Below are positions 52,716 to 64,000 of a stretch of 64,000 bases of DNA, piece after piece (positions within the stretch are counted from its first letter, which is position 1; the number at the start of each line of letters is the position of its first letter). A program made the position numbers and the translations under genes. Location of the stretch: the NCBI GenBank assembly GCA_012026655.1, contig JAAILG010001312.1:1-64000 (forward strand). The letters are read 5' to 3'. Source of the stretch: Hydrolagus affinis (Eukaryota). The notes under the pieces were generated by a model. It was not told the DNA's origin and did no database searches. It saw only the letters and a list, made by a program, of their open reading frames with translations.

Positions 52716-53381
52716 AGTCTTGTAGTGTACTGCTTAGAGCACTCGCCTCGCAAGCGGGAGCACATGGGTTCAATTCCCAGCCGTGGTGAAATTTCAGGTA
52801 AATTTCCCTACTTCACACACCTCTGTTTACCCAGCAGTAGGTATGAACCCTGTTATTAGTTGATTGGTGGTTCACTTTCTGGAGGTAAAATCCCTTCAAA
52901 AATAAATACATAGTTTTTATTTGGTCACACAATCCAAGACTGTTTGTGGGACACTTCTGTCCACAATTGGCTGCTGAATTTTGCCTATAAAAAATACAGT
53001 GAATCCACTTGATGATATATCCTGTGAAGTGCTTTGAGACATCTCAACAGCGTGATAAATAATAATGCATCTTGTATAGCGCTTTTCATGTTTTTTTAGA
53101 CATCTCAAAGTGCTTCACAGAATATACTGTGAAGTGAATTGAACTATATATTTGTGGGCGAAACTCAGCAGCCAATTGGGCGCAGACGTGACCCACAAAA
53201 CAGTCGTGGATTGAAACGACCTTTATTATTTTTTTGAGGGATTATTGTTAGGGGCGTGGAGTAAGGAAACTTGCCCACGGTTTCGCCCTGCCTGAAATTG
53301 AACCCAGGTCTCTTGCTTGCAAGGCGAGTGCTCTAATCACTGAGCTACAGGACACTGATAAGGCACTGTATCAAATGCAAA
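52716..53381 (+). mobile_element. older long-variant SINE interrupted near its tail by a younger SINE
   Basis: Head at 52716, body to cagcgtgataa (53058), tail resumes with tgataaggcactgtatcaaatgcaa at 53356. Confidence 0.82.
53059..53355 (-). mobile_element. full-length SINE nested antisense in an older SINE, TSD TGATAA
   Basis: Flanked by TGATAA at 53053-53058 and 53356-53361. Confidence 0.88.
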
Positions 53382-53761
53382 ACCAGATGCCCATTGCAGT
53401 CCACTTGGCTGAGCCTTGGATTCCACCCTGTGCACATACGGCTGAGAGAGAGATGAAGCTATCAGCTACCCAGTGGGTTTATTGACTGTCTCCTGGCACC
53501 AGAGTAATTCGGCTGGTTACAAACCTCAGCAAATTATTCATGTGTCTAGGATTTATTTCACTGAAGTGATTACAGCTAGTTTGTCATCATATAATGGGAC
53601 CGGTAGGAAGCCATCAATCACCCCAGCTATGCTGACAACTGTGATTGAACTTGTGTAGATTCAGATTGCAAATATTCAGAACCAACAAAGGTTCTTACAC
53701 CGTACACCGTACTCCTGGAACTATTTGCTGACAATCCTGGCCATCTGGCAATGCCGGTGTG

Positions 53762-54075
53762 TCAGCGTGGCTCAGTAGGTTAAACTCTAGCCTCTGAATC
53801 AGAAAATAGTGGAGTTTAAAGAGTCTCAACACGGGGCTTGGAACACTTTAGTCTAGGCTGACAGGCCAGTGCAGTGCTGGGGTGCCTGAGTTGTTGTTAA
53901 AGCGAGGGAGTTTCTCCCATTATTCTGACTAACAATCCTCCAGATTCATTTATCATTCACCTCGTCGGTATGTCTGGGAACTTGCTTTACGTAAAATAGC
54001 TGCTTCGTTTGCCCACAGAAACAGTCAGAAAATAATAATTATCCTTATATTTGATATAGTGAAGCGCCTTATCAT
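53762..54075 (+). mobile_element. degraded SacSINE1-like SINE
   Basis: gtggctcagtaggttaaactctagcctctgaatcagaa...tctaggctgacaggccagtgcagtgctg...gggaacttgctttacgtaaaatagctgc. Confidence 0.6.
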
Positions 54076-54654
54076 GTCTTCATACTGTGCAGTTGTATAT
54101 TTGGTGGGTGACATTTTTTTGTTACTCTGAGGCTTTTCAGGGGTAAAAGTGTAATAAAACTAAAGGTTTTCCCTTAAGTGGAAAATAGGTTTGACTTTTA
54201 CGGAAACTATCTCTGTTCATGAAGGATGTGCTCAATACATTTAGTTCTAATACATATTCGGAGATCAATATGCTCTGATGAGAGATTAATATATTGCGTG
54301 CTCTTGCTCATCAATCTTGAACATCAGTTGATGTGAGTACCTGTGCTCACTGCATCTGCACTCCATCAATCATCAGATCCTTGGCTGAACCTCATGTAGA
54401 GTGTGGAATCACCACTCCTCAGTTACCAGCCTTGCATTGCTGGAGATGTCACCTTTCAGAGCAGGATATCAAGGATATCAAGTGGACATTAAAATCCTCT
54501 CACTTTTGGAAATGAGAAGGGAATTTCTCATGGTATCCTGCCCTCTCAATAAATTGGTCATTTACCTCAAGGCTGAGTCTCTGGAACTCTCTGCCTCAAT
54601 CCCTCTGCCTTGATCCCTCCTTGTCTGCCTTCAGATCACGTCTTTGATCTGAAA

Positions 54655-54862
54655 ACACTGCACAGAATATATTGTAAAGTCAATTGACTGTATAACTCAT
54701 GTACAGCAATTGAACACAGCAGTGCCCCGCAAACTGTCGTGGATTGAGTAACCAAATTTTAATTTAAAACCATTGGGAAGATTTATTATTACCCCTGGGA
54801 AAGCGCTCCGCCAGTGGACCAACAACTGGGTTCCCACTGACTGCTTAGTAAACAGAGGAATG
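54655..54862 (-). mobile_element. long-variant SINE central fragment
   Basis: cacagcagtgccccgcaaactgtcgtggattga...ggttcccactgactgcttagtaaacagagg. Confidence 0.7.
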
Positions 54863-57183
54863 TCAGGAACAACAGTCAAGATTTAAAGCTGCTATTTGGT
54901 CTGTGCAGCCAAGTGGTGCAGCATTGAGTGCCTTACCCATTAGGTTACGGGGTGGGGAGCCTGAGTTTATGTTCATTAGTTTAATAACTGGCTGTAAAAT
55001 GCTATGTCTGGTTACAGTAATCAGTGTAGATACAGATCTCTGAGAACTCCAATCCTAAATGTAATCCTCGAGGCTTTGCTGATAAGGATATTTCTTACAC
55101 AGTCGCCTGGACAGAGAAGAGAATTGATAAGGGGCCAGAAACTGAAAATGACGGACTTTGTCTCACTGCACCCATTGTATACACTCTGTCAGTTGATCAC
55201 CTCAGGAGTATACTGAATTCCAGCTTATCAAACCCCAGCGGAAGGTATCAAAGCTTTTCAGCACAAAACACAGACACTCAACTCCCTGTGAAGACCTTTG
55301 AGACGTCATCCTGTCATGAAAGCCACTATATCAGATGTGAGGATTGTTATTCTTATCAGTAGATACCTGAAGCTTGGTTCTATTTCATTTCACCCTGTGC
55401 TTGACTTGCATTGGTCACTCATTTCACGGCTTTGGGTGGGATGTCACTGTGCACAAATTGGCTGCCATTTTGCCTCCAAAACACAGAGACACTACATTCT
55501 ATGGTAAACCCTGTGAAGTTGAGATGTTTCAAAAATATCCTGAGGCACTCACATATGCAAGTACTCTCAGCATGCTCCCCTGTCCCTCTGAATATAGAAT
55601 AATACAGTAATCCTATTTTAACATAATGTGGTTTAAATTTAAATGAATCCTTATTGCTGCTTTTATGTTTTGTGCCAGGAGTTTAGCTCCCCATTTAGTT
55701 ACGTATCAACCATCCTTCCTCTAAATACTTTGTCTACTTCAATTGCTCGCTGCTTAGCTTGACTCTGAATTTGGTTTCCTCCATAGCAGCTGGCCTGTCT
55801 GTGGCCCAAATATCATAAACATCAAAGCGAGGGAGGCTTGAGACTCCGTGATCATGTCATTAGCTACTCTTAATGAAGAGCATTCTAGAGTGGGAGAGAG
55901 CTGCTGTCGGGAGTCACTAGAGAGACAATCTGAAGGCAGAGCCTTCCGAGGAGAGAGTGACTGAATAATATTTCAACTTCCCTCAGTGCTGTTGTTTATC
56001 ACAGTTAGTTTAGTGTTCTGGGGCTAGTCCAGGTCATTTATTCAGTTATTTCTTAAGACAATGGGGTCTTAATGGGATTTCCTAATAAAGAATGCCCATT
56101 GACCATCAGAAACTTGGCTTTGGAGTGTCAGAGCATAGTCAGATGCATTGCCAAGTTCTCCCTATCCCCTCCATCTCATCACCTCCCACCCCTCCCTCCC
56201 ACCCCCCACTCCATCCAGGAATGGTGGTTGAGACTTGGACACTGAACTCACCCTTCAGTCCATCATATATCAGTGGTGCTATTTGCTGTAAACCCTTTCC
56301 TTGCCTTTTATTCAAACCATTTTAAATTTCATTCATCGGATGTCACATCTAATTCCCTTTTAAATGGCGTGATTGGCTTGACTTCAATGCGAATTGGTAG
56401 TGATAGCTGAATGGATTTATAAAGTCTTCTAACCTCCCCCATTTCTCCCTCTTTACAAAGCGGCATTATTTATATTGTGATCCATTAAAGCATATGTTTT
56501 GATCCTTACTTATTGTGTGTCAAATGGTGAGGGTATTCCATGGAACTATGTAAACGTGGGATGCGAGGCGAAAGGGCTGCCATCCTGAGCCAGACTGACA
56601 CTTTGAGAGAGTAAATAGGTGAGTCTCCAGTTGATGCGTTAAGATGCTCTGCACACACTGGAGCTGAAAATTGGAGGACAATGCATCGTATTTTGTTCAA
56701 AGAAAGAAAGGACAAGGCAATCAGAAATTATAGACTGGTCTATTGCGGGAAAAACAGCTTCCAAATGAAAGTTTAATAGAGTCATAGAGATACAGCTTAG
56801 AAGCAAGGAATTCAGGTTAGTGGTTATACTGCACCCAAGTTCCCATCTTAGATCTTATCACTAGTCCCATACCCCGACTTTTTCTCCATATCCCTCAACT
56901 GTATTCCCTCTTAACCATGTGTCCATTCATTTTCTAATGTGCACACGGCTGCCTTCCCAACAACTGACTGTTAATACGAGTCTTTTACAAAGTTCTACAC
57001 AATGTTAACGTTTATGACAATGTCCTTCATTAGGTTAAGACTATGAGCAATATGTAGCCTCTGGTGTCCAACGCAAACTGTATGGTTGTGAAGGGAAGGA
57101 AGTAACATTCCATAGGGGACAGATTAGAGTTAAAGCTCTTCTCCATGTTAGCCATGCCTGTGTTCTCTCACTCTCTCCTGTAG

Positions 57184-57454
57184 TTGTCTCCAGGCTCGGA
57201 GGAGGACTATTGCCACGAGGGAAACGCCCGCGATAACCTGGGCCGCATCCAGTTCAGCGTCGGCTACAACTTCCAGGAATCCACCTTCACCGTAAAAATA
57301 CTGAAGGCCACGGAATTGCCTGCCAAAGACTTCAGTGGCACAAGTGACCCCTTCGTCAAGATCTACCTGCTCCCCGACAAAAAACACAAGCTGGAGACGA
57401 AGGTCAAAAGGAAGAATCTGAATCCACATTGGAACGAGACCTTCCTGTTTGAAG
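57184..57454 (+). CDS. syt7: Syt7 C2A exon 1 (271 nt): LSPGSEED...[15 protein letters not shown]...[43 protein letters not shown]
   Basis: ctcctgtag acceptor and GAAG|gtgagg donor. Canonical C2A with loop-1 aspartates. Confidence 0.97.
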
Positions 57455-57638
57455 GTGAGGCTGTGGTCTGGTCTGTCCTGCCTATTTCCATCTGTTAGAT
57501 TGTCTGGGGTAAATTGTTACGAGGCCCACAGAGTGATGGGGACCTGATAGCGAGCACAGACATCTTTCACATTGAAACAGTCTGTCGGTATTTGGTGACT
57601 GGTGGGCACAGGTTACACACAGGTCTCTCTCTCCTCAG

Positions 57639-57808
57639 GGTTTCCCTATGAGAAGGTGGTGCAGAGAATCATGTATCTGCAGGTCCTGGATTATGATCGG
57701 TTCAGTCGGAACGATCCCATCGGAGAAGTGTCGCTGCCGCTAAACAAGGTGGATCTGACACAGACACAGACCTTCTGGAAAGATCTCAAGCCGTGCAGTG
57801 ACGGAAGT
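57639..57808 (+). CDS. syt7: Syt7 C2A exon 2 (170 nt): [31 protein letters not shown]...[10 protein letters not shown]
   Basis: ctcctcag acceptor and AGT|gtaagg donor. DYDRFSRND Ca2+ loop. Confidence 0.97.
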
Positions 57809-58371
57809 GTAAGGTTCACCATGGACTTACTCCTTTGTAACAGTTACTGACATATTGTACTCTTCCAGTGTTTAATGGGGTGGGGCGAGCGGGTGGGGAC
57901 ACATCACAGAATATGACTGTGGGCAAACCACATCTTAGCCTTGATGTCTCTGAAAGTCATGGCCTTAAAAGTAAAATTAAATTTGAGACTGTGGAAGATT
58001 CCTAAGTCCAGTCTAAATTTGAAAGCTGACTTTGCACAGTTCCCCCAAAACTATGTTAAACGGTAACACAAGAGTTATACTATACCCAAAGTCCTGAGAT
58101 CTTCCATTCTCGTTGTTCTCCGTCTTTCTGTCTGGATCCCACAGCTGCAAAAATATGATGCGTGATAGTTACAATAGAGCAAAAAGAGTGTAAAGTTAAC
58201 AGAGGAAAAAGAGTGATAAAGGGGAAAAACTCCAATGGCGTCTGACATAAACTTAACAAATCATTCAAAATAATAAGGGGTAAATCTCTCAGTTAAGGTC
58301 AGTCAGCAGATAGCCTGGCTGACTCGAGTAATGGCACAAAATACCTAGAGATCCTGGTGATAGTTATAGAG

Positions 58372-58560
58372 ATAGAATCATAGAATCTGACAGCACAAAA
58401 GGAGGCCATTCAACCCATCGAGTCTGTGCCGGCTCTTTAAAAAGAGCAATTTAATCCCACTCCCCAGGTCTCTCCCCATAACTGCGCAAACCTGTCCTCC
58501 CCAAATAAATGTCTACCTCTCTTTTAAAAGTTGTTATCGAATCGGCCTCCACCACCTTTT
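58372..58560 (-). mobile_element. CR1-like LINE 3' end (similar relics near 7115-7230 and 56775-56960)
   Basis: tagaatcatagaatctgacagcacaaaaggaggccattcaacccatcgagtctgtgccggctc, a typical CR1 terminal repeat and 3' UTR. Confidence 0.75.
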
Positions 58561-58652
58561 GAGATAACTTATGCCCCTGGGTTCTCTATTCTGTGTCTAA
58601 ATCAGGATGAAGTGCACAGTGAGTGACTAGCTTTCTGTGCCTGTTGTTTCAG

Positions 58653-58767
58653 GGGAGTCGAGGAGAGTTGCTCTTGTCGTTGTGTTATAATCCGACTGCC
58701 AACACCATCATTGTGAGCATTATTAAGGCCAGGAATCTGAAAGCCATGGATATAGGAGGGACATCAG
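58653..58767 (+). CDS. syt7: Syt7 C2B exon 1 (115 nt): [38 protein letters not shown]
   Basis: ttgtttcag acceptor and TCAG|gtgagt donor. Confidence 0.97.
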
Positions 58768-58998
58768 GTGAGTCCTCTCTCACTGTTGTACGGTATCTAC
58801 TGGGCCTCTCCCACCTCGTGACTTGCTGCCTAAGTCTTCTTTACTTCAGTATAAAAGTCATAGTGGAATTGTATAGGTTATTGCTTTGGCCACACTGTGA
58901 GTATACTCATAAGCATTGGGAACCCTGTTACTTAAGAGACATCATACAGATGCAGCACAGATCCACTCAAATTGTACTGGGCACAAGACTTTTATAAT

Positions 58999-59098
58999 NN
59001 NNNNNNNNNNNNNNNNNNNNNNNNNNNNNNNNNNNNNNNNNNNNNNNNNNNNNNNNNNNNNNNNNNNNNNNNNNNNNNNNNNNNNNNNNNNNNNNNNN
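58999..59098. other. assembly gap (100 N)
   Basis: Run of n abutting poly-C. Confidence 0.99.
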
Positions 59099-59315
59099 CC
59101 CCCCCCCCCCCCCCCCCACCACTACCTCACACTCGGCTCCACATGCATTTGTGTCCTCGGCTCCACACACTCGGGTCCTCGGCTCCACATGCACTCGGGG
59201 GCTCGAGGCTCTAAAGCTCCGCGCCCCCCTAGTCAAGGGAGGCGCGCCCCACGGTTTGGAAAGCACTGTTCTAAGGTATCATTGCTGACTTCCTGTGCTG
59301 CTTTCTTCCTCATAG

Positions 59316-59515
59316 ATCCCTATGTCAAAGTCTGGCTTATGCACAAAGACAAGAAGGTGGAGAAGAAGAAGACGGTTGTGATGAAGAGGTGTTTAAACCC
59401 CATCTTCAACGAGTCTTTCATCTTCGAGATCCCCACGGAGAAACTGCGAGAGACGACGATTATAATTACTGTGATGGATAAGGACAAACTGAGCAGGAAT
59501 GATGTGATTGGAAAG
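59316..59515 (+). CDS. syt7: Syt7 C2B exon 2 (200 nt): [35 protein letters not shown]...[14 protein letters not shown]
   Basis: cttcctcatag acceptor and AAG|gtattt donor. Polybasic stretch and DKDKLSRND loop. Confidence 0.97.
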
Positions 59516-59523
59516 GTATTTGT

Positions 59524-59696
59524 GAAGTCCTGTAGCATTTTGGTCAGTGCACTCGCCTCTCGAGGAAGAGGCCCTGGGTTCAAAAGCCGGGCAGGGAGAA
59601 AGAAACCTTAGGCAACTGCAGGATGAAGCCTTAGGCAAGTTTCCTTACTCCACACGCCTCTGTTTATCTAGCAGTAAGTGGGAACCAGATTGTTAT
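59524..59696 (+). mobile_element. 5' half of long-variant SINE just downstream of the C2B exon donor
   Basis: gtcctgtagcattttggtcagtgcactcgcc..ctgggttcaaaag..ggcaagtttccttactccacacgcctctgtttatctagcagtaagtgggaacc. Confidence 0.75.
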
Positions 59697-59830
59697 AGGG
59701 TCATCACCCAATGCTAGGAGTGCCAGCAAGTGAGCCAGGCTGAGAGCTAAGGAAAGGGAAAGAATCTAAACAAAAAACAGGTCTGTACTGGCAGCTAATA
59801 ACTTCTCTCTCCGTCTTCTACCTCCTCCAG

Positions 59831-59935
59831 ATTTACTTGTCTTGGAAGAGCGGCCCGGCAGAGGTCAAGCATTGGAAGGATATGGTTGGGCGGGCACGGC
59901 AAGCCGTGGCTCAGTGGCACCAGCTCAAGGCGTGA
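59831..59935 (+). CDS. syt7: Syt7 last coding exon: [34 protein letters not shown]
   Basis: cctcctccag acceptor, WHxL motif and TGA at 59933-59935. Missed by the ORF track. Confidence 0.96.
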   Translation: MYLSWKSGPAEVKHWKDMVGRARQAVAQWHQLKA

Positions 59936-61459
59936 TCGCTCACCAAAAATTGTTTCAAGGAGAAAAAAATATATATATATATAAAGGACAAGAGAAGAAA
60001 AGAAACCCATCAGATTAACTTTGACATTCTACGTTTGCACAGTTGAAGCACTTGGAATCACCATATGTCATGGGTCATTAAAGCCTACACCCTCGGGAGG
60101 TCGGCAGCCAATCCACACGCCATAGACTCTATAAGCATTGAGCTGCCAGGAACTTTTCTTGTGTAATGAAAAGGTTGCATCCACTTCGTGCTTCAAATCC
60201 TCCCACCCCCACCTCCCCCATCTCTCCTTCCTCCAAAAGGCTGTATCTTGGTAGTTGCACATGCAGTCTCTCTGTGTCGGAGATCTGTGACCAGTCATTG
60301 CAATTTAGATTTTAGGAAGCGGGGATTTTTTTTCCCCCCGCAGCAGAAAATCCAAGCAAATTGTTCTTCCAGATGCAAAGGTGGTTGTTGCTGTGTCGGG
60401 CAGTGGGAGAGGGAAAGAAGAGAACTTTGTTTTCCAAAATAACATGACTTCTGCAGTCGTTCAGTGCAGGTTTAGACTCTTGTGGTTCTAGAAGCATCTG
60501 TTTCACTTCGCTCGACCAATTTAGTGAGGAGTGGCAGGGCGAAGGCTGGTGTGGGCGGGTGGGCTAACCGGAACTTAAATCAGTGTATGTCTCTCTGTGT
60601 GTATGTGTGTTTGTGTGTATGTGTGCGTTTAACGTGTGCTTTTGCACACGTGGAAATACTTCGCTATTGACCTCCACGTGTAGGTGACTAGCTCTGCACT
60701 TTTTAAAATCCCGAGTTGATTGCGGCAAATTAATTATCAAGGGAGTTTTTTTTAGCTTATGGTTTTAGGCTGATTTCGCTCTTAGTTCGTCTTGATTCCG
60801 AACTCACAAAGACTGGAGTGAGCTGAGGTTCCTCTCTGCTGGATCCCCAGGTAGTGATGTACACAGTATTGGCTTTCGAAGGCAGATGGTAGGAACTCTG
60901 AAGAGCTGCTGCATTTTAACAACAATCTTTTTAAGTGTCCCTGTAAACTAACACTGTACATAATTTTTGTGCAAAATGTTTGTGATTTCCAACGAGGTGC
61001 ATGTAAAATAACACCGTTCTGGGTTAAACAAGATTGGTATTTCTTTAGAGTTACATTATGGATTGGTGAGTTCAGATTGGTGACTATATGGGTCAGATCT
61101 CTTGGTATATTATTTATATCCAATCGGCTGATGTTCTGTGGGCTTTTGAGTCCTTGAGTCCTCAATTTTATAATCCTCAGTGGGTTGATGAGTTCCCTAT
61201 TCATTACAATCCATGAGTCAGGTTATTACACTGTACAGATCTGGAATTTTGAGCTTGTTGAGCAGGGTTAGAGGTTAATGCTGTTGTACGAAGCTGCCTA
61301 GAACATGAAGTATCGTGTCGCCTCCCATTACAGAATTAGCCCTCTTAGTATACATATACAGATATCTGCTCCCACCACACCCATTGACCCACAATAAGAA
61401 ATTCAGACCTTTCTTAATTGTCTGCTGGAATTCAACAAATTCAAATTTTCTTTAATATT

Positions 61460-62720
61460 CAAGGCTTAGATGAAGGAGGCTGTGTGGTCACTTGATCTCA
61501 TCTTTCCAGAATACCCATTCTACTGGCCTACCATCACAGCATCAAGTTTTTTTTAAACAAATTCATTGTCCTAGCTTCAAGTATTCTTCCTAGTAACCTG
61601 TTCTAATGGTTAATTACCCACTGAGTAAAGAAATACTTCCTGATGTCTGTCCTTAAATTGCCCTTTTGCTTCTCAAAAACTGTTCTTTAATCTCAGCACA
61701 TCCAAAAGTACTGATCTGGGGTAGTTTCCCAATCTCATTTTAAGTCTTGCATATGTCTAATATGATCCCCTCTGAAACATCTCCTTTCATCACTCAAGAG
61801 CCCCAGTTTGTATAACTGTTGCTCACAATTCATCCCTCCAACACTGCATTGTCTCTCGTGCCTGAGCAGCCCCCTTTATGTCATGGCGACTGTACTTAGT
61901 AGGTGTGGTCAGTACAGCCTGAGAATGAATTCTGATCTGGCAATATAGCCCAGCATCCTGTTTACCTTGCACAGTTTTGACATAGTGAGTGGCGTATCAA
62001 CTGATACCCCTCAATCTCTTTCAGCTTCCCTTTGGCAAAGTCTTTGTGTCTCCTATTTTCACTCCCTCGTTTCAACCAGGCTCCTGTAATGGCTGCTTCC
62101 TTCTGTTCAGCCAATTTCAAATCTGTGTCCATGTCTTGCCCTTGATACTCAGTGACATCAGTTTGTGTTACACTCGTCTTTCACGCGGTACATTGTCAGA
62201 TGCCTTTTGGAAGTCACTGTGGTACATACACTGTGTCATATGTGTATTAAATTTGGAGCTGTCACCTCCTCAACAAAAAATGTCTGGGCTTGGTATAATC
62301 TCACAAACTACTTTGTTTGTCACTGAGTAGATTATTCTTATTATGTTTTATATTATATTATCGAGGTCAGGCTAATGGGTCTATAGATTGCCGTGGATGG
62401 TTCTGTCACATTTCTTGCATAATAGAAACTGCATTTGCTTCGTTCTAGTCTGTTGAAACCTGTGGTCTGAACACCCCTTCTTGCCCATCAGTGATGCACA
62501 AATCTGCTCCTGCTTCTCCCCTAATTATCCTGGGATACAGTTCCATCTGTCTGGGGGATATATTGGTTTTCAGTTCTTTGAGCGTATTTAGTACCTCTGC
62601 CTTATGTATGTTAATGTCCAGGAGCTCAAGCAATATTTGCTGGTTGTTGGGGGCCATGTTTATAATGTATAAAAGCTTGCATTTCAGCTCCTGCTTAAAA
62701 TCTCCCAGGAATTAATTGTT
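61460..62720 (-). mobile_element. degraded CR1-like LINE with reverse-transcriptase remnants
   Basis: The minus strand near 62190-62220 reads DFQKASDNVP (cf. DFQKAFDKVP). ORF 62445-62657 contains EVLNTLKELKTNISP...LYPRIIR (cf. KSPGPDG.YPR). Frameshifted. Confidence 0.8.
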
Positions 62721-63641
62721 TAATATGTTCACAATCTCCTCAGTCCCTTGGGGTTTCAACGTCATCCCTGATTAAACAACAACAACAAAACTACATTTAG
62801 TCACATTACAATTATAAGATTTGGGGGACAACAGTATTTTGCATTTGCTGCTCCATCCCTTTCCAGTTCTCTCTTGGTTCCCCTATGTTATTCTTCTTTT
62901 GGTACACTCTTGTATTCCTCCACAATCTTGTATGTCTTCCACAATCTGACCAATAGTCTGCCGTGTTTCACCCACAGATATTCACTTTAGAGTGTATTCT
63001 GTGAAGCGCTTTGTGACATCTAGCAGACATGAAAAGCGTGATATCTAATGCAAGGATTCAGCCCAATGGTCAAGCACTCTCCCTTCTCCCTGATAAGCTT
63101 TGTGAATCATGCTTTTTTTAAAAAAAATTCTTAATCTCTTTTCTTACTTTCCTGTTGATTCGTTTTGGAGCATTTTTATTTGATTTGCTGTAAGTGCGGA
63201 AGCAGTATTGCAGTGCTAGATTTTCAATAAAGCAATGAGAGAAAGAATAACTGATTTGTACTGTCAATTAGATCTTGCGTTTAATATAATGCGGGAAAAA
63301 GGAAACTCAAGCGAAAGTGTTCTGCTAAAATCTCTTCCTCTTTCACCATCTCTTCCCACCTTCAAAATTCTCTGACTTTGCTTTATCCTACACCCACTTC
63401 TACACCCACCCGACTCAGTAAGCCACAATGTCTTTGTAAAATGCTTTGAGACATGTGAGGTGCTTTATAATCACAACTTGTTATTCCAAGTTCTGTTGAT
63501 TTCCAGGGTCTCAGCTAGCAGTTAAACCTCCTTGGAAGCTAGATCAATGCCATCCAGTCACAAAATGCTCCGCCACTCCCACTGCAGGAAACTAGCAGTT
63601 TATGAGCTGATCTCCTTCAGCTAACTGCTGGTAGATTAACT

Positions 63642-63942
63642 GATAATAATAATCCTTGCATTTGACATAGCGCTTTTCACGTCTTCTAGGCGCCTCAAAG
63701 TGCTTCACAGAATATACTGTAAAGTCAATTAACTGTATATAGTATTTCTTTTGTGGACGAGCCAATTGCGCACAGCAGTGTCCCACAAACAGTTGTGGAT
63801 TGAAATGACCAATTTTTTTTTGAGGGATTACTATTAGGCGTGTGGAGTAAGGAAACTTGCCCAAGGTTTCTCCCTGCCTGGATTCAAACACAGGTCTCAC
63901 GCTTGTAAGGCGAGTGCTCTAACTACTTAGCCACAGGACTCC
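63642..63942 (-). mobile_element. full-length tRNA-derived SINE
   Basis: aataataatccttgcatttgacatagcgc...ggcgagtgctctaactacttagccacaggactcc. Confidence 0.9.
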
Positions 63943-64000
63943 ATTGATGTATCTCTTTGAATGACTTTACCACAGGTAAAACCCCAAAGCCCGTAGTCTT

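Larger units (their letters stand above)
4987..59935 (+). other. syt7: synaptotagmin-7 gene span (5' exons encoding N-terminus and TM domain lie upstream of the window)
   Basis: Eleven coding exons with GT-AG boundaries and consistent phases. The translation matches vertebrate Syt7 as I recall it: [22 protein letters not shown], tandem C2 domains and C-terminal WHQLKA*. Confidence 0.97.

Noticed and set aside
58916-59611. 231-aa ORF spanning the N gap
   Set aside because: Artefact of reading through 100 Ns; only 59316-59515 is a real exon.
57184-59935. Possible altered Ca2+-binding in the C2 domains
   Set aside because: All five aspartate ligands are present in both C2A (KDFSGTSD; DYDRFSRND) and C2B (MDIGGTSD; DKDKLSRND), so the domains are canonical.
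60077-63231. syt7 poly(A) signal (ATTAAA at 60077, AATAAA at 63226)
   Set aside because: I cannot choose between them from sequence alone, and the 3' UTR may extend beyond the window.

Overview
This is vertebrate genomic DNA, not prokaryotic. The repeat content (an abundant ~300-bp tRNA-derived SINE with an (ATT)n tail, SacSINE1/DeuSINE-like relics, CR1 and L2 fragments) suggests a cartilaginous fish, probably a holocephalan such as elephant shark or a chimaera; this is an inference. The window holds most of synaptotagmin-7 (syt7) on the + strand. It starts at the juxtamembrane exon (4987-5066), continues through four symmetric phase-2 alternative linker exons (11784-11915, 12755-12958, 20138-20491, 37771-37884) and a linker exon (47828-47963), and ends with five C2A/C2B exons and a TGA at 59933-59935. 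The N-terminal and transmembrane exons lie upstream of the window. All annotated junctions are GT-AG and phase-consistent. The shortest form gives 358 aa inside the window, and the four cassettes add up to 268 aa. The remainder is intron or 3' region with SINEs, LINE relics, probable MITEs, minisatellites and two 100-N gaps. I found no convincing wholly new biological system. The best leads are unannotated stop-containing or frameshifting micro-exon candidates in the syt7 linker introns, a distant branch point, a CpG- and palindrome-rich element, inverted SINE pairs, and apparent MITE families.
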